Below the pieces are notes generated by a model. That model searched no databases, was not told the DNA's origin, and saw only the letters and a list, made by a program, of their open reading frames with translations. Shown in pieces: positions 47,081 through 56,797 of a stretch of DNA of 64,000 bases. The translations under genes and the position numbers were made by a program. The stretch is from NCBI GenBank assembly GCA_965203905.1, contig CBDBDQ010000005.1, positions 6,080,001 through 6,144,000 of the forward strand. The letters are read 5' to 3'. Origin of the DNA: Spirochaetia bacterium. GTDB taxonomy: Bacteria > Spirochaetota > Spirochaetia > SZUA-6 > Bin103. Each line of letters begins with the position of its first letter. The first letter of the stretch is position 1.

Positions 47081-48051
47081 CAGCGGCGTTCGGCGACCGC
47101 GTCCTGCAACTCGCCGAGGATGCGGCAGTAGCTCAGATAACGATCGCGCAGGATTTCCCCACGCTGCAGCGCCGCCCGCACCGCGCAGCCGGGCTCGCTC
47201 ACGCAGAGACAGCCCGGGAACTCGCACTCCTCGACGTAGGGCAGGAAGTCGCGGTACCACAAGCGCAATTCCTGAGGTTCGATGTCGCTGATCTCCAGTT
47301 CCCGAATGCCGGGCGTGTCGATGGCCAGAATGCCGCCGGCGGCGGCTACCATTTCGCCGTAGCGGGTGGTATGGGCGCCCCGGTCGTACTTGCGAGACAG
47401 CGTTCCCTCGGGGCGCTCCAGCGCGGGATCCAGTCGGTTCAGCAGGGCGGACTTGCCCACGCCGGAGTGACCCACCAGGGCTGGCAGCGCGGCATCCGCG
47501 AGCTGCCGCCGCAGCTCGGCGATCCCGTGTCCGGTCGCCGCCGAGCAGGTCACCACCGCGTAGCCCATGGCGCGATAGCCGGCCAGGCGCCGGTCGATGG
47601 CGGGCGAGCTGCCCAGGTCCTGCTTGTTGACGACCACGGTGGGCTCGGCGCCGCCCAACTCCGCGGACAGCAGCAGGCGGTCGAGAAACCGCGGCCGGAA
47701 GGGGGGAGCGGCAAATGACCCCACCGCCAGCAGCCGGTCCACGTTGGCGGCGATGGTCTGGGGCGCCTGGCGCTTCTTGTTCCAGCGGCGGATCGCCGAA
47801 GTCCTGGCCCGGCGGTCGAGAATCCAGCCCTGCCGCGGAACCGCCTCATCCAGCGAGATGGTAACCCAGTCACCCGGCGCCAGCGGGTTGTAGGCGGGGT
47901 CGGTGACCGGCTGCTTGCCGCCCAGCACCTTGCCCATGATGCGACACTCCACCAGCGACTGGCCGGGGGTGTCGCCGGCAGCCGCGTCCTCCAATCTCAC
48001 GCGGTAGATGTTGTTGATGCCACTGGCCACCTGCCCCAGCACGGCCTTCAT
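47080..48051 (-). CDS. rsgA: Ribosome small subunit-dependent GTPase A
   Basis: Circularly permuted GTPase: NKQD, GHSGVGKS, GAHTT, DTPG, C-terminal Cys cluster. Confidence 0.95.
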   Translation of the reverse strand: MKAVLGQVASGINNIYRVRLEDAAAGDTPGQSLVECRIMGKVLGGKQPVTDPAYNPLAPGDWVTISLDEAVPRQGWILDRRARTSAIRRWNKKRQAPQTIAANVDRLLAVGSFAAPPFRPRFLDRLLLSAELGGAEPTVVVNKQDLGSSPAIDRRLAGYRAMGYAVVTCSAATGHGIAELRRQLADAALPALVGHSGVGKSALLNRLDPALERPEGTLSRKYDRGAHTTRYGEMVAAAGGILAIDTPGIRELEISDIEPQELRLWYRDFLPYVEECEFPGCLCVSEPGCAVRAALQRGEILRDRYLSYCRILGELQDAVAERR

Positions 48052-48246
48052 GATAGGACAGGCGCCCGCCGCTGCCCACCCCGCGAGTCGCCCCCGTCGC
48101 CGGGAACGGACCCGCGTCCCGCGGTCGGCGGTGGCGGTACGCCGCTACGCGTAGTGCTTCCTGAAGTAGTCCAGCGAGGAGACGCGGCTCACGCCGCCGA
48201 ACGGGCCGCGGTTGTAGCGGGTCGCGACATGGCATAGCTTGAGGCC

Positions 48247-48831
48247 ATGGTGGCGAGCTTCCCGGTGTGCCGGCAACAGGGCTGTGCCGAGTACGCCGTT
48301 TTCCGGCGCCCGTGCTGCGCCGCCCACTGCGAGGATCGCGCCGCCTACGAGGCCGAGGTGACCGAGTTGCTGCGCGCCACGCGGCGGCTGGAAGGACTCA
48401 ACCTGGCCGACGTACCCTGCCGTGGCCTGGACCTGCGTGGCCGCGAGTTGATCGGCTGCCGGCTTACGGGAGCGGTGTGGGAGAACGTACGCCTCGACGG
48501 TTCGCGCCTGCACCATACCCTGCTGGACTTCGCCACCCTGCGCGAATGCTCCCTGCGCGGGATCGTGGCCACCTTGTCGGTGTTCGCCGGTGCCACGATC
48601 GCTGCCAGCCACTTCGGAGACTCCGACCTGCCGCGCAACAACTTCGTCGGACTGCGCTGCGCCGACACCAGTTTCCAGGGCAGCGACCTCAGTTCCTGCC
48701 GCTTCATCGGCGCACGTCTCGAACGGGTCGACTTCCAGGACTGCAACCTGTATCACGTGCACTTCGAGACGGCGCTGATGGAGGAGGTCAACCTGCGCTA
48801 CTGCAACACCGAGGAAGCTCACTTCTCGTGA
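48247..48831 (+). CDS. Pentapeptide-repeat protein with N-terminal Cys/His cluster
   Basis: CxxxxC...CCxxHC followed by A(D/N)LXX-type repeats. Confidence 0.85.
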   Translation: MVASFPVCRQQGCAEYAVFRRPCCAAHCEDRAAYEAEVTELLRATRRLEGLNLADVPCRGLDLRGRELIGCRLTGAVWENVRLDGSRLHHTLLDFATLRECSLRGIVATLSVFAGATIAASHFGDSDLPRNNFVGLRCADTSFQGSDLSSCRFIGARLERVDFQDCNLYHVHFETALMEEVNLRYCNTEEAHFS

Positions 48832-49397
48832 CGCTGATTTCGTGCCACGCCAAGACCGGCTTCGCCAACTGTTACGTGGTGGGCCCCGACGGCGGCGGGC
48901 CGGCGGCAATCATCGATCCTGGCCACTTCGATTCCAGCCTGCTGGAACGCATCGAGCAGGCTGGCCTGCAGATCGCGGCGGTGCTGCTGACCCACTCCCA
49001 CCGCGCGCACTGCGGCGGCACCGGCACCGTGCTCAGCGTGTACCGGGCCCGCGTCTACGGCCACGGCGGAAGCGGGCGCCCGCGCGTCGATCAGGCGCTG
49101 CGGGACGGCGACAGCGTTGCCGTCGGCACCCTGGAGTTCCAGGTGTGCGAGCTCCCCGGTCACGCCGCCGACAGCCTGGGGTTCCGTGTCGGAGACCTGC
49201 TGTTCACCGGCGATGCGCTGCTGGCGGGGGACGTCGGCAGCACCCCCACCGCGGCGGCCCGTGCCTCCCTGGTCACGGCACTGCGGGAGCGCGTGCTGAG
49301 CCTGCCGGATCGCGTGACGATCCTGCCCGGACACGGCCCGCCCACCACGGTGCGCGCGGAGCGCGCCTTCAACGCCGCCCTGCGGCCGGGGCACTAG
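48828..49397 (+). CDS. MBL-fold metallo-hydrolase (glyoxalase II-like)
   Basis: NCYVV, IIDPG, LLTHSHRAH, PGH, FTGD, PGHGP.TT; GTGA overlap with the upstream gene. Confidence 0.88.
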   Translation: MTLISCHAKTGFANCYVVGPDGGGPAAIIDPGHFDSSLLERIEQAGLQIAAVLLTHSHRAHCGGTGTVLSVYRARVYGHGGSGRPRVDQALRDGDSVAVGTLEFQVCELPGHAADSLGFRVGDLLFTGDALLAGDVGSTPTAAARASLVTALRERVLSLPDRVTILPGHGPPTTVRAERAFNAALRPGH

Positions 49398-49443
49398 TTG
49401 TCCGCAAGCCATTCGTGTGGAACGCGATGGCTAGGCTCGGAGA

Positions 49444-50370
49444 CTAGGGAGCGGCGTCCGGGGGCGCGAAGTCGGGCGGCCACGGCGCCGTGAAGGTACG
49501 CGGCTCCCGGTCCCCCGGAAGGCGGATGCTGAGGCGCCGCGCGTGCAGCAGGAGCCGCGGCGCGGTGCCGCGCGCGCGTCCGGCATACAGCGGATCACCC
49601 AGGATCGGATGCCCGAGCCAGCGCAGGTGGACGCGCAGCTGATGGGTACGTCCGGTCACGGGGCGCAGTGCTACCAGCGACGCACCGGCCAGCGATCGGC
49701 GTACCTGGTAGCGGGTCACCGCCACCTTGCCGCGGTCCTGGCTTACGCGCACCCGCAACGGGTTGCGCGGGTCGCGCCGCAGGCGGGTGGCAATCCGGCC
49801 GGCCGCGGGCGTGGGACGCCCCGCTACCCAGGCGAAATAGATCTTGCCGACCCGGCGCTCGGCGAATTGACGGCCGAGCCAGGCGTGAGCAGGGCCCTTC
49901 CTGGCGACGATGATCACCCCCGAGGTGTCCTTGTCCAGACGATGGACGATTCCGGGTCGAGACGAGCCCGGAAACTGCCGGGCCAGATCTTGGTACCGAT
50001 GCAGCAGACCGTTCACCAGCGTGCCGCCGCGGTTGCCGCTTCCCGGATGGACCACCATGCCGCAGGGCTTGTTCAGCACCACTACGTCAGCATCTTCAAA
50101 CAGCACCTCCAGCTCCATCGGTTCGGGCAGCACGGTGCTTGCCGGAGGTGGCGCAAGGGCGACCTCGATATGGTCGCCCAGCTCCAAGCGAGTGCTCGGT
50201 TTGACCGCCCGGCCGTTGACCTTCAGGCCCGCCAGCCGCTGCTGGAACTGGCTGCGCGAAGGCAGACCTGAACGGGCGCTGAGGTACCGATCCGCGCGCT
50301 GGCCGGCGCCGTCGGCCTCCACCACGACGCGGACGCTGGTCAGCTCGGCTCCGCGATCCGCCTTATCCAT
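49444..50370 (-). CDS. RluA/RluD-family pseudouridine synthase
   Basis: S4-like N-terminus, NKPCGMVVHP, HRLDKDTSG, TGRTHQLRVH, GDPLY, LHA. Confidence 0.95.
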   Translation of the reverse strand: MDKADRGAELTSVRVVVEADGAGQRADRYLSARSGLPSRSQFQQRLAGLKVNGRAVKPSTRLELGDHIEVALAPPPASTVLPEPMELEVLFEDADVVVLNKPCGMVVHPGSGNRGGTLVNGLLHRYQDLARQFPGSSRPGIVHRLDKDTSGVIIVARKGPAHAWLGRQFAERRVGKIYFAWVAGRPTPAAGRIATRLRRDPRNPLRVRVSQDRGKVAVTRYQVRRSLAGASLVALRPVTGRTHQLRVHLRWLGHPILGDPLYAGRARGTAPRLLLHARRLSIRLPGDREPRTFTAPWPPDFAPPDAAP

Positions 50371-50929
50371 GATCGGCGGCGGCGCCGGATTCGGATGGCA
50401 TCGTGCCCGGAGTCAGGTGCGGCCAGAGGTTTGCCAGCGAGGCAGGCAGCAGCGCCGCGTGCGACGAGGCGACCGCGGGCGCTACCGGTCCGCCGCCCTG
50501 CGGGCCGCGGGCGGCGGCCGCGGCAGGATCTGACGAGTAGCGCGGCGGCTCCGCCGCCTGTCCGATCAGGTAGTCGGCGACCGCCACCACCACCGCCACG
50601 CCGGCAGCGGCGAGCACGATGCCGACCTTCTCGTCGTCGTCGAACGGATCCTGATCCAGGGCGCGACCGAACGGCGCCGTGTCTTCGGAGAACCCATCGC
50701 CCGCCCAGCGGGCGTAATCGTAGACGATGGTGGACAGCAGCAGGGCGAACGGAAACGCGCCCACGGCGACGATCTCGCCACGCCGCAGGTGGCGCAGTTC
50801 GGGCGCGAATTCGTTCGGATCGTAGGGCTCCGGGACCGGCGCCGGATCCGGCTGGTTCTGCGCCGGCGCCGCAACCGCGGCAGCGACTGCCAGGAGCGCC
50901 GCAGGCAGCATCCGTACGGCTGCGCGCAT
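50363..50929 (-). CDS. Conserved hypothetical exported/membrane protein
   Basis: Signal peptide, 'PEPYDPNEF...LRRGEIVAVGAFPF', two TM segments. Confidence 0.7.
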   Translation of the reverse strand: MRAAVRMLPAALLAVAAAVAAPAQNQPDPAPVPEPYDPNEFAPELRHLRRGEIVAVGAFPFALLLSTIVYDYARWAGDGFSEDTAPFGRALDQDPFDDDEKVGIVLAAAGVAVVVAVADYLIGQAAEPPRYSSDPAAAAARGPQGGGPVAPAVASSHAALLPASLANLWPHLTPGTMPSESGAAADHG

Positions 50930-51660
50930 CACGTCGGAGCGTGCGCCTGCGGCGCCGCGGCGCGCGGGCCGAACAGCACCGTCCCCAGGCGCACCAGCGT
51001 CGCACCCTCCTCCACCGCGATCTCGAAGTCCCCGGACATGCCCATCGACAGGGTATCGAAGGCCGGCCGGTCCGGGGCCAGCTCCTCGAACAGTCGGCGC
51101 AGCGTCCGGAAACAGCCGCGTACGGCTGCGACATCGGCACTCCACACCGCCATGGTCATCAGCCCGCGCACGCGCAGCCGATCCAGAGCCACGATTGCCT
51201 CGAGGCCACGGCGCAACTCGTCGGCATTGGGAAAACCGTGCTTGGCCGCCTCGCCGGAGGTGTTCAGCTCCAGCAGCACGTCCACGGTTCCGCCGCTGGC
51301 GACAAGGGCCCGCTGCAACGCCTGCGCCGTGGCAACCTTGTCGATCGACTGCACGGCATGGAACAGGCGCGCGGCGGCCCGCGCCTTGTTGCGCTGCAGG
51401 TGACCGATCAGGTGCACCTCCGCGTGCGGCAGCGGCGGATCGAGCTTTGCCGCCGCCTCCTGCACCCGGTTCTCCCCGATCAGGTCGAGCCCGGCGGCCA
51501 GCGCGGCCTCCAGCGCCGCCCGCGGCTGGGTCTTGGTGACTGCCATGATGCGCACGTCGTCGGCACTGCGGCCGGCGCGGGCCGCAGCAGCCGCAACTCG
51601 GACCCGAGTCTGCTGCAGCCGCCGGCGGAGCAGCATCACTGCCGGTTCCGTCACGCCCAT
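50929..51660 (-). CDS. yggS: YggS/PLPBP pyridoxal-phosphate homeostasis protein
   Basis: AVTK, GENRVQE, HLIGHLQRNK, GLMTM, LSMGMSGD, VRLGT.LFG. Confidence 0.95.
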   Translation of the reverse strand: MGVTEPAVMLLRRRLQQTRVRVAAAAARAGRSADDVRIMAVTKTQPRAALEAALAAGLDLIGENRVQEAAAKLDPPLPHAEVHLIGHLQRNKARAAARLFHAVQSIDKVATAQALQRALVASGGTVDVLLELNTSGEAAKHGFPNADELRRGLEAIVALDRLRVRGLMTMAVWSADVAAVRGCFRTLRRLFEELAPDRPAFDTLSMGMSGDFEIAVEEGATLVRLGTVLFGPRAAAPQAHAPT

Positions 51661-51816
51661 CCTGCCACACAGTAGCGAAAACCCTCGGCATTGACGAGGT
51701 GCGGCGGCGCCAGCCGTTGCCGGCGGCGGGGCACCTCCGGAGCCGCACCGCCGCGCCCGAATGCGTTGTCACTGCGGCGAGCCGCGCCCTATATTTGGGA
51801 AGCAGGAGAACACAGC

Positions 51817-52713
51817 GTGGTAAACGGTGACAAGAAGACCGGCACCTGGACCGTCAAGGCGGGGCTGGCACAGATGCTCAAGGGTGGCGTGATCATGGAC
51901 GTGGTAACCGCGGATCAGGCCAGGATCGCGGAGGACGCCGGTGCCTGCGCGGTCATGGCGCTGGAGCGGGTACCCGCGGAGATCCGTGCCGCCGGCGGCG
52001 TCGCGCGCATGGCGGACCCCACCAAGATCACCGAGATCCAGGAGGCGGTGAGCATTCCGGTGATGGCCAAGTGCCGCATCGGCCACTTCGTCGAAGCACA
52101 GGTGCTGCAGGCCCTGAACATCGACTACATCGACGAATCGGAGGTCCTGACCCCGGCGGACGAGGCCAACCACGTCTGGAAGCACGACTTCACGGTGCCG
52201 TTCGTCTGCGGCTGCCGGGACCTGGGAGAGGCGCTGCGGCGCATCGCCGAAGGCGCGGCCATGATCCGCACCAAGGGCGAAGCGGGAACCGGCAACGTGG
52301 TCGAGGCCGTGCGCCACGCACGCACCGTGCTCGGCGAGATCCGCCGCATCGGCACCCTCGGCAGCGACGAGCTGGTAACCGCGGCCAAGCAGCACGGGGC
52401 ACCGCTGGAGCTGCTGCAGCAGATTCAACGTGAGGGCCGCCTGCCGGTGGTGAATTTCGCGGCCGGCGGCATCGCCACGCCGGCGGATGCGGCGCTGCTG
52501 ATGCAACTGGGGGTCGACGGCGTGTTCGTGGGCTCCGGGATCTTCAAGTCGGAGCACCCTCAGCGCATGGCCGACGCCATCGTCAAGGCCACCACCCACT
52601 ACCAGGACCCGGCCATCGTTGCCGACGTGTCGCGCGGCCTCGGCGCCGCCATGCCCGGCCTCGACGTACACGAGATCCCCGCCACCGAGCAGCTCGCGGT
52701 ACGCGGCTGGTAG
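51817..52713 (+). CDS. pdxS: PLP synthase lyase subunit
   Basis: [46 protein letters not shown]. Confidence 0.97.
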   Translation: MVNGDKKTGTWTVKAGLAQMLKGGVIMDVVTADQARIAEDAGACAVMALERVPAEIRAAGGVARMADPTKITEIQEAVSIPVMAKCRIGHFVEAQVLQALNIDYIDESEVLTPADEANHVWKHDFTVPFVCGCRDLGEALRRIAEGAAMIRTKGEAGTGNVVEAVRHARTVLGEIRRIGTLGSDELVTAAKQHGAPLELLQQIQREGRLPVVNFAAGGIATPADAALLMQLGVDGVFVGSGIFKSEHPQRMADAIVKATTHYQDPAIVADVSRGLGAAMPGLDVHEIPATEQLAVRGW

Positions 52714-52725
52714 CCTCCCTCCCGC

Positions 52726-53340
52726 GTGCTGATCGGGATCCTGGCGCTCCAGGGCGACGTCGCCGAACATCAGGCTGCGCTGGCCGCTCTGGGAGCGGAG
52801 ACCCGGCTCGTGCGCCTGCCGCACCACCTGCAGGAGATCGACGGGCTGATCATCCCCGGCGGCGAGAGCACCACCATGGCGTTGCTGCTCGACCGGTACC
52901 GGCTGCGACAACCGCTGCTGGCGCGACTGACCGGCGGCATGCCGGCGTGGGGAACGTGCGCGGGCATGGTGCTGCTGGCGCGACGGCTGACCGATGACCG
53001 GCCGCGGCCCCTGGGCGTGATCGACATGGTGGTGAGCCGCAACGCGTTCGGCCGTCAGGTGGAGAGCTTCGAGACCGACCTGGCGGTGGCCGCGATCGGT
53101 GAGGATCCGCTGCACGCCGTGTTCATCCGCGCGCCGGCGGTGGTGGAGGTCGGTCCAGCCACAACCGTCCTGGCCCGACTGCCCGACGGACGCGCCGTGG
53201 CGGTGCAGCACGGTCCGCACCTGGCCACCGCGTTCCATCCCGAACTGACCCCTGACCGGCGCCTGCACCGCCACTTCCTGCGCAGCGTCGGTCGCGCGAT
53301 GCAGCGCAACCGTACCGGACGTACCGTCGCTCCAAGTTGA
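52726..53340 (+). CDS. pdxT: PLP synthase glutaminase subunit
   Basis: ILALQG, IPGGEST, GTCAG, RNAFGRQVESF, FIRAP, FHPE. Confidence 0.97.
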   Translation: MLIGILALQGDVAEHQAALAALGAETRLVRLPHHLQEIDGLIIPGGESTTMALLLDRYRLRQPLLARLTGGMPAWGTCAGMVLLARRLTDDRPRPLGVIDMVVSRNAFGRQVESFETDLAVAAIGEDPLHAVFIRAPAVVEVGPATTVLARLPDGRAVAVQHGPHLATAFHPELTPDRRLHRHFLRSVGRAMQRNRTGRTVAPS

Positions 53341-53424
53341 CCCGATCCGCCGGGGTCCGCTACCCTGAGGGCGCGTGACGACCGCTCGCCCGCACTCACC
53401 CGGCCGCAATTACGGCTGCGCAGC

Positions 53425-54492
53425 ATGGAGTCCCGCCGCGTGCAGTTAGAGGTTGTCATCGCAGTCGGCTTCTTCCTCCTGATCGGCATCGAAACCACCG
53501 TAAGCTGGGCCCACAACCTGCGCTCCTACGAGTTCCGGGACACCGCGGCGAACTTCGCGCTGGCGCTCGGTGATCTGTTCATGGCCGCCGCCATGAAGGC
53601 CGTGTTTCTGCTCCTGTTCGCCTTTCTGCACCGGATTGCGCCGCTGGACATGGGGCTCGCCTGGTACAGCTGGGTGCTGCTGGTACTGGTGAACGACTTC
53701 ATCTACTACGTGTTCCACCGCCTGGGTCATCGCTGCCGCTTCATGTGGGCGTTCCACGTCACCCACCACTCATCGCAGAAGTACAACTTCTCGGTGGCGA
53801 TCCGGCTCAACCTGTTCATACTGCCGCTCCACTTCCTGTTCATGCTGCCGCTGGCGCTGCTCGGATTCCGTCCGGAAGCGATTCTGGCGATCAACTCGGT
53901 CACCACGCTGTATCAACTCTGGGTGCATACCGAGCTGGTGGGCAAGCTCGGCGTCCTCGACCGGGTCTTCAACACGCCGTCCAATCACCGCGTCCACCAC
54001 GGCTCCAATCCCCAGTACCTGGATCGCAACTACGGTGCCATGTTCATCTTCTGGGATCACCTGTTCGGCACCTACGAACCGGAGGTGGAAGCACCGGTCT
54101 ACGGCCTCACCAAGAACGTGGACTCCTACAACCCGGTGACCCTGACCCTGCACGAGGTGCACGCCATGCTGCGCGACGTCGCACGTCCCGGCCCGCTGCG
54201 CCACCGGGTGATGTACCTGTTCGGACCGCCGGGCTGGCGGCCCGAGACGGCGCCCCGGGCAGCGCGCTGGCCGGTACTCCGCCGCGCGCTCCTGCGGCGC
54301 TCGCCGCGGCGCGGTGCGCGCACCGCCGAGCGCGCCGTGCCGGCCCCGTTGCCGCTGCGACTGTCGCGCTACCGGCACCCACCGCGCGCACCGCGACCGG
54401 GACAGAAACCGAGCCGGGGAAGACGCTCCGCCGACACCCGCACGCCTTCCACCACTGCCAGCTACCGGCGCCGCCGGCCGGCCGGCACCTGA
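53425..54492 (+). CDS. Sterol desaturase / fatty acid hydroxylase family protein (alkylglycerol monooxygenase-like)
   Basis: His boxes HRLGH, HVTHH, WVHT, HRVHH; 'NYG..FIFWD.LFGT'. Confidence 0.9.
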   Translation: MESRRVQLEVVIAVGFFLLIGIETTVSWAHNLRSYEFRDTAANFALALGDLFMAAAMKAVFLLLFAFLHRIAPLDMGLAWYSWVLLVLVNDFIYYVFHRLGHRCRFMWAFHVTHHSSQKYNFSVAIRLNLFILPLHFLFMLPLALLGFRPEAILAINSVTTLYQLWVHTELVGKLGVLDRVFNTPSNHRVHHGSNPQYLDRNYGAMFIFWDHLFGTYEPEVEAPVYGLTKNVDSYNPVTLTLHEVHAMLRDVARPGPLRHRVMYLFGPPGWRPETAPRAARWPVLRRALLRRSPRRGARTAERAVPAPLPLRLSRYRHPPRAPRPGQKPSRGRRSADTRTPSTTASYRRRRPAGT

Positions 54493-54506
54493 GCCCGCCC
54501 GGCGCC

Positions 54507-55487
54507 ATGGCGCGCTCGGTGCTGGTCACCGGCGCCACCGGACAGATCGGATCGGCGCTCACCCACGCGCTGCTGCAGAACGGCTGGCAGGTGCGCGCCC
54601 TGGTGCGCGACGAGGAGCGCGCGCGGCTGCGGCTCGGCGCGAACGTCGAGCTGGTACGCGGGGACCTCGCTGAGCCGGACAGCGTACGCCCGGCCCTGCG
54701 CGGCGTCGCGGCGGTAGCCCACCTCGCCGGCGTGGCTTCCTACTGGCCGGCGCGCGCGCCCGAGATGAGGGAGGTGAACCTGCACGGCACCGCGCACCTG
54801 CTCGACGCGTGTGCCGCCGCGGGGGTGGGCAGGCTGCTGCACACCAGCTCCATCGCCACGCTCGGCTGGGTACCCGACGGCGAAGTTGGGGACGAGTCCA
54901 CCGGTTACAACTGGCACCGTTGCGGCATCGCCTACTTCGACACCAAGTACGAGGCGGAACGCATGGTGCTGAGCGACCCGCGCCTGGCAGCCGTCGTGGT
55001 CAACCCGGGGCTGGTATTCGGAGCCGGTGACACGGCCGGAAATGGGCTCCGCTTCCTGCGCGAGATCGCCGCCGGCGTGCCCGGCTACCCGCCCGGCGCC
55101 ACCACCGCCGCGGTGCTGGACGACGTGGTGGCCGGACATCTCGCCGCCCTGGAGCGCGGCCGTCCCGGCGAGCGCTACGTCCTCGGCGGCTCGCCGCTTC
55201 CGTTCCACGAGCTGTTTGCGGAAATCGCCGCCGTCGTCGGCGTCCCGCCGCCACGACGCCGGCTGGCACCGTGGATGCTCGGGGCCCTGGCGCTGGCCCA
55301 CACTGCCGCCTCCCGCCTGCACGGCGGGGAGCCGCGGATCTCCATCCCGAGCTACCACATCCTGACCCGCAACCGGCGCTACCGCTCCGCCAAGGCGGTC
55401 CGCGAGCTCGGCTACCGCATCTCCCCGCTCAGCGAAGGATTGCGGCGCTGCTGGGAGTGGTACCGCCAGCGGCAACCGCCAGCGTAG
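54507..55487 (+). CDS. Extended SDR, NAD-dependent epimerase/dehydratase (DFR/HpnA/3beta-HSD-like)
   Basis: VTGATGQIG, HLAG, HTSS, YFDTK (YxxxK), VVNPG.VFG.GD, GERYVLG. Confidence 0.9.
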   Translation: MARSVLVTGATGQIGSALTHALLQNGWQVRALVRDEERARLRLGANVELVRGDLAEPDSVRPALRGVAAVAHLAGVASYWPARAPEMREVNLHGTAHLLDACAAAGVGRLLHTSSIATLGWVPDGEVGDESTGYNWHRCGIAYFDTKYEAERMVLSDPRLAAVVVNPGLVFGAGDTAGNGLRFLREIAAGVPGYPPGATTAAVLDDVVAGHLAALERGRPGERYVLGGSPLPFHELFAEIAAVVGVPPPRRRLAPWMLGALALAHTAASRLHGGEPRISIPSYHILTRNRRYRSAKAVRELGYRISPLSEGLRRCWEWYRQRQPPA

Positions 55488-55564
55488 CCGCCCCTACCCC
55501 GCCAGCAGACGTACCATACGCACCCGTTTGCATGGCCTCCGGCGTCACGAAGTGGCGTTGCGTG

Positions 55565-56797
55565 CTAATCCGCGTGTTCGATCACCTCGGCAAGGGCCGC
55601 GTCCGCGATCTCGATCGTCCGCTCGATGTCCTCGGCGCTGTGGGCAGTGCTCAGGAACCAGTTGTGGTAGGGGTGGAAGTAGGCGCCGCGGCGGGTAGCG
55701 GCGGCGCAGAACCGCTGGAAGCGCATGAAATCGGTCTCCGTGGCGAAGCGCAGCTTGGGCATGCTGGGCAGTCCGGAGACGTGCAGCCGCTCGCCGTGGC
55801 GGACGGCGACCTGCTGCAGTCCTTCGATCAGCTGCCGGCCGCGCCGCTGCATGATCGCCACCCCGTCGATCTCCTGCAGGCGCCGCTGGCAGGCAATGGC
55901 CGCCGCCATCGGTCCCTGCTGCATCCAGAAGGTGCCGGTGGTGAACACCGCTCCCGCCGCCGTCAGCAGGTGCCGGTCACCCATGCAGACCGCGATCGGA
56001 TAGCCGTTGGCGATCGCCTTCGAGTAGCACGCCAGATCGGGGGCGAAGTCGAACACCGTATGGGAGCCGTCGAGGGAGGCGCGAAAGCCCACCCGTACGT
56101 CGTCGCTGATCACCACCGCGCCATGCTCCCGGGCGAGGGCGCACAGCCGCTGCAGGAACCCGTCTGCGGAGAACTCCGAGTCGTCGAACAGCGGATGGTG
56201 ATAGGGAGTCACCATCACCGCCGCCAGATCATGCGCATGGGTCGCCACCAGCGCCTCCATGCCCCGATGGTCGTTCCAGGTGAAGTCGTGGACGTGCGCG
56301 CGGTCCTCGGCAATCAGGCCGGCGTGGCCGGGGGAGGCCCAGGGATAGGATCCGTGGTAGGCGCCGGCCGCCTTCAGCACCGTGCGGCGGCCGGTATGCT
56401 CGCGCGCCACCTGCAGGGCGAAGCTGGTCATGTCGGAGCCGTTCTTGCCGAACAGCGCCCACTCCATCCCCTGTATGCGGGCCGTGAGAAACTCCGCCAG
56501 CTCGACCAGCGCCGAGGTGGGGTGGTTGAAGCCGAAGCCGTTGCGGTCCGCCGCCTGCGCCGCGGCGTCCACGATGGCATCGGCGTAGCCCAGGATGCTC
56601 GCTCCGAAGCCGCACAGGTAGTCGATGTAGCGGTTGCCGTCGGCGTCCCAATAGTAGGCGCCGCTCCCGCGCTCGGCGAACAGCGGGTAGGACCCCGGCA
56701 CCACCAGCATCGGCCCGCGGGTGCCGTAGATGCCGCGCGGGACGACGCGCGCAGCGCGCCGGAACAAGGCGTCGCTGCGTTCGAACCGCGCGCTCAC
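55565..56797 (-). CDS. Class III PLP aminotransferase (glutamate-1-semialdehyde aminomutase-like)
   Basis: WDADGNRYIDY, KNGSD, GAYHG, DDVRVGFR, SKAIANGYP, TGTF. Confidence 0.9.
   Translation of the reverse strand: MSARFERSDALFRRAARVVPRGIYGTRGPMLVVPGSYPLFAERGSGAYYWDADGNRYIDYLCGFGASILGYADAIVDAAAQAADRNGFGFNHPTSALVELAEFLTARIQGMEWALFGKNGSDMTSFALQVAREHTGRRTVLKAAGAYHGSYPWASPGHAGLIAEDRAHVHDFTWNDHRGMEALVATHAHDLAAVMVTPYHHPLFDDSEFSADGFLQRLCALAREHGAVVISDDVRVGFRASLDGSHTVFDFAPDLACYSKAIANGYPIAVCMGDRHLLTAAGAVFTTGTFWMQQGPMAAAIACQRRLQEIDGVAIMQRRGRQLIEGLQQVAVRHGERLHVSGLPSMPKLRFATETDFMRFQRFCAAATRRGAYFHPYHNWFLSTAHSAEDIERTIEIADAALAEVIEHAD

Noticed and set aside
53745-54506. Apparent N-terminal extension of the SDR, or a desaturase-SDR fusion
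   Set aside because: Different frame from the desaturase, low-complexity translation; the Rossmann motif begins right after ATG 54507.
55565-56797. Calling the aminotransferase hemL
   Set aside because: It has KNGSD in place of HemL's NSGTEA and no tetrapyrrole gene context.
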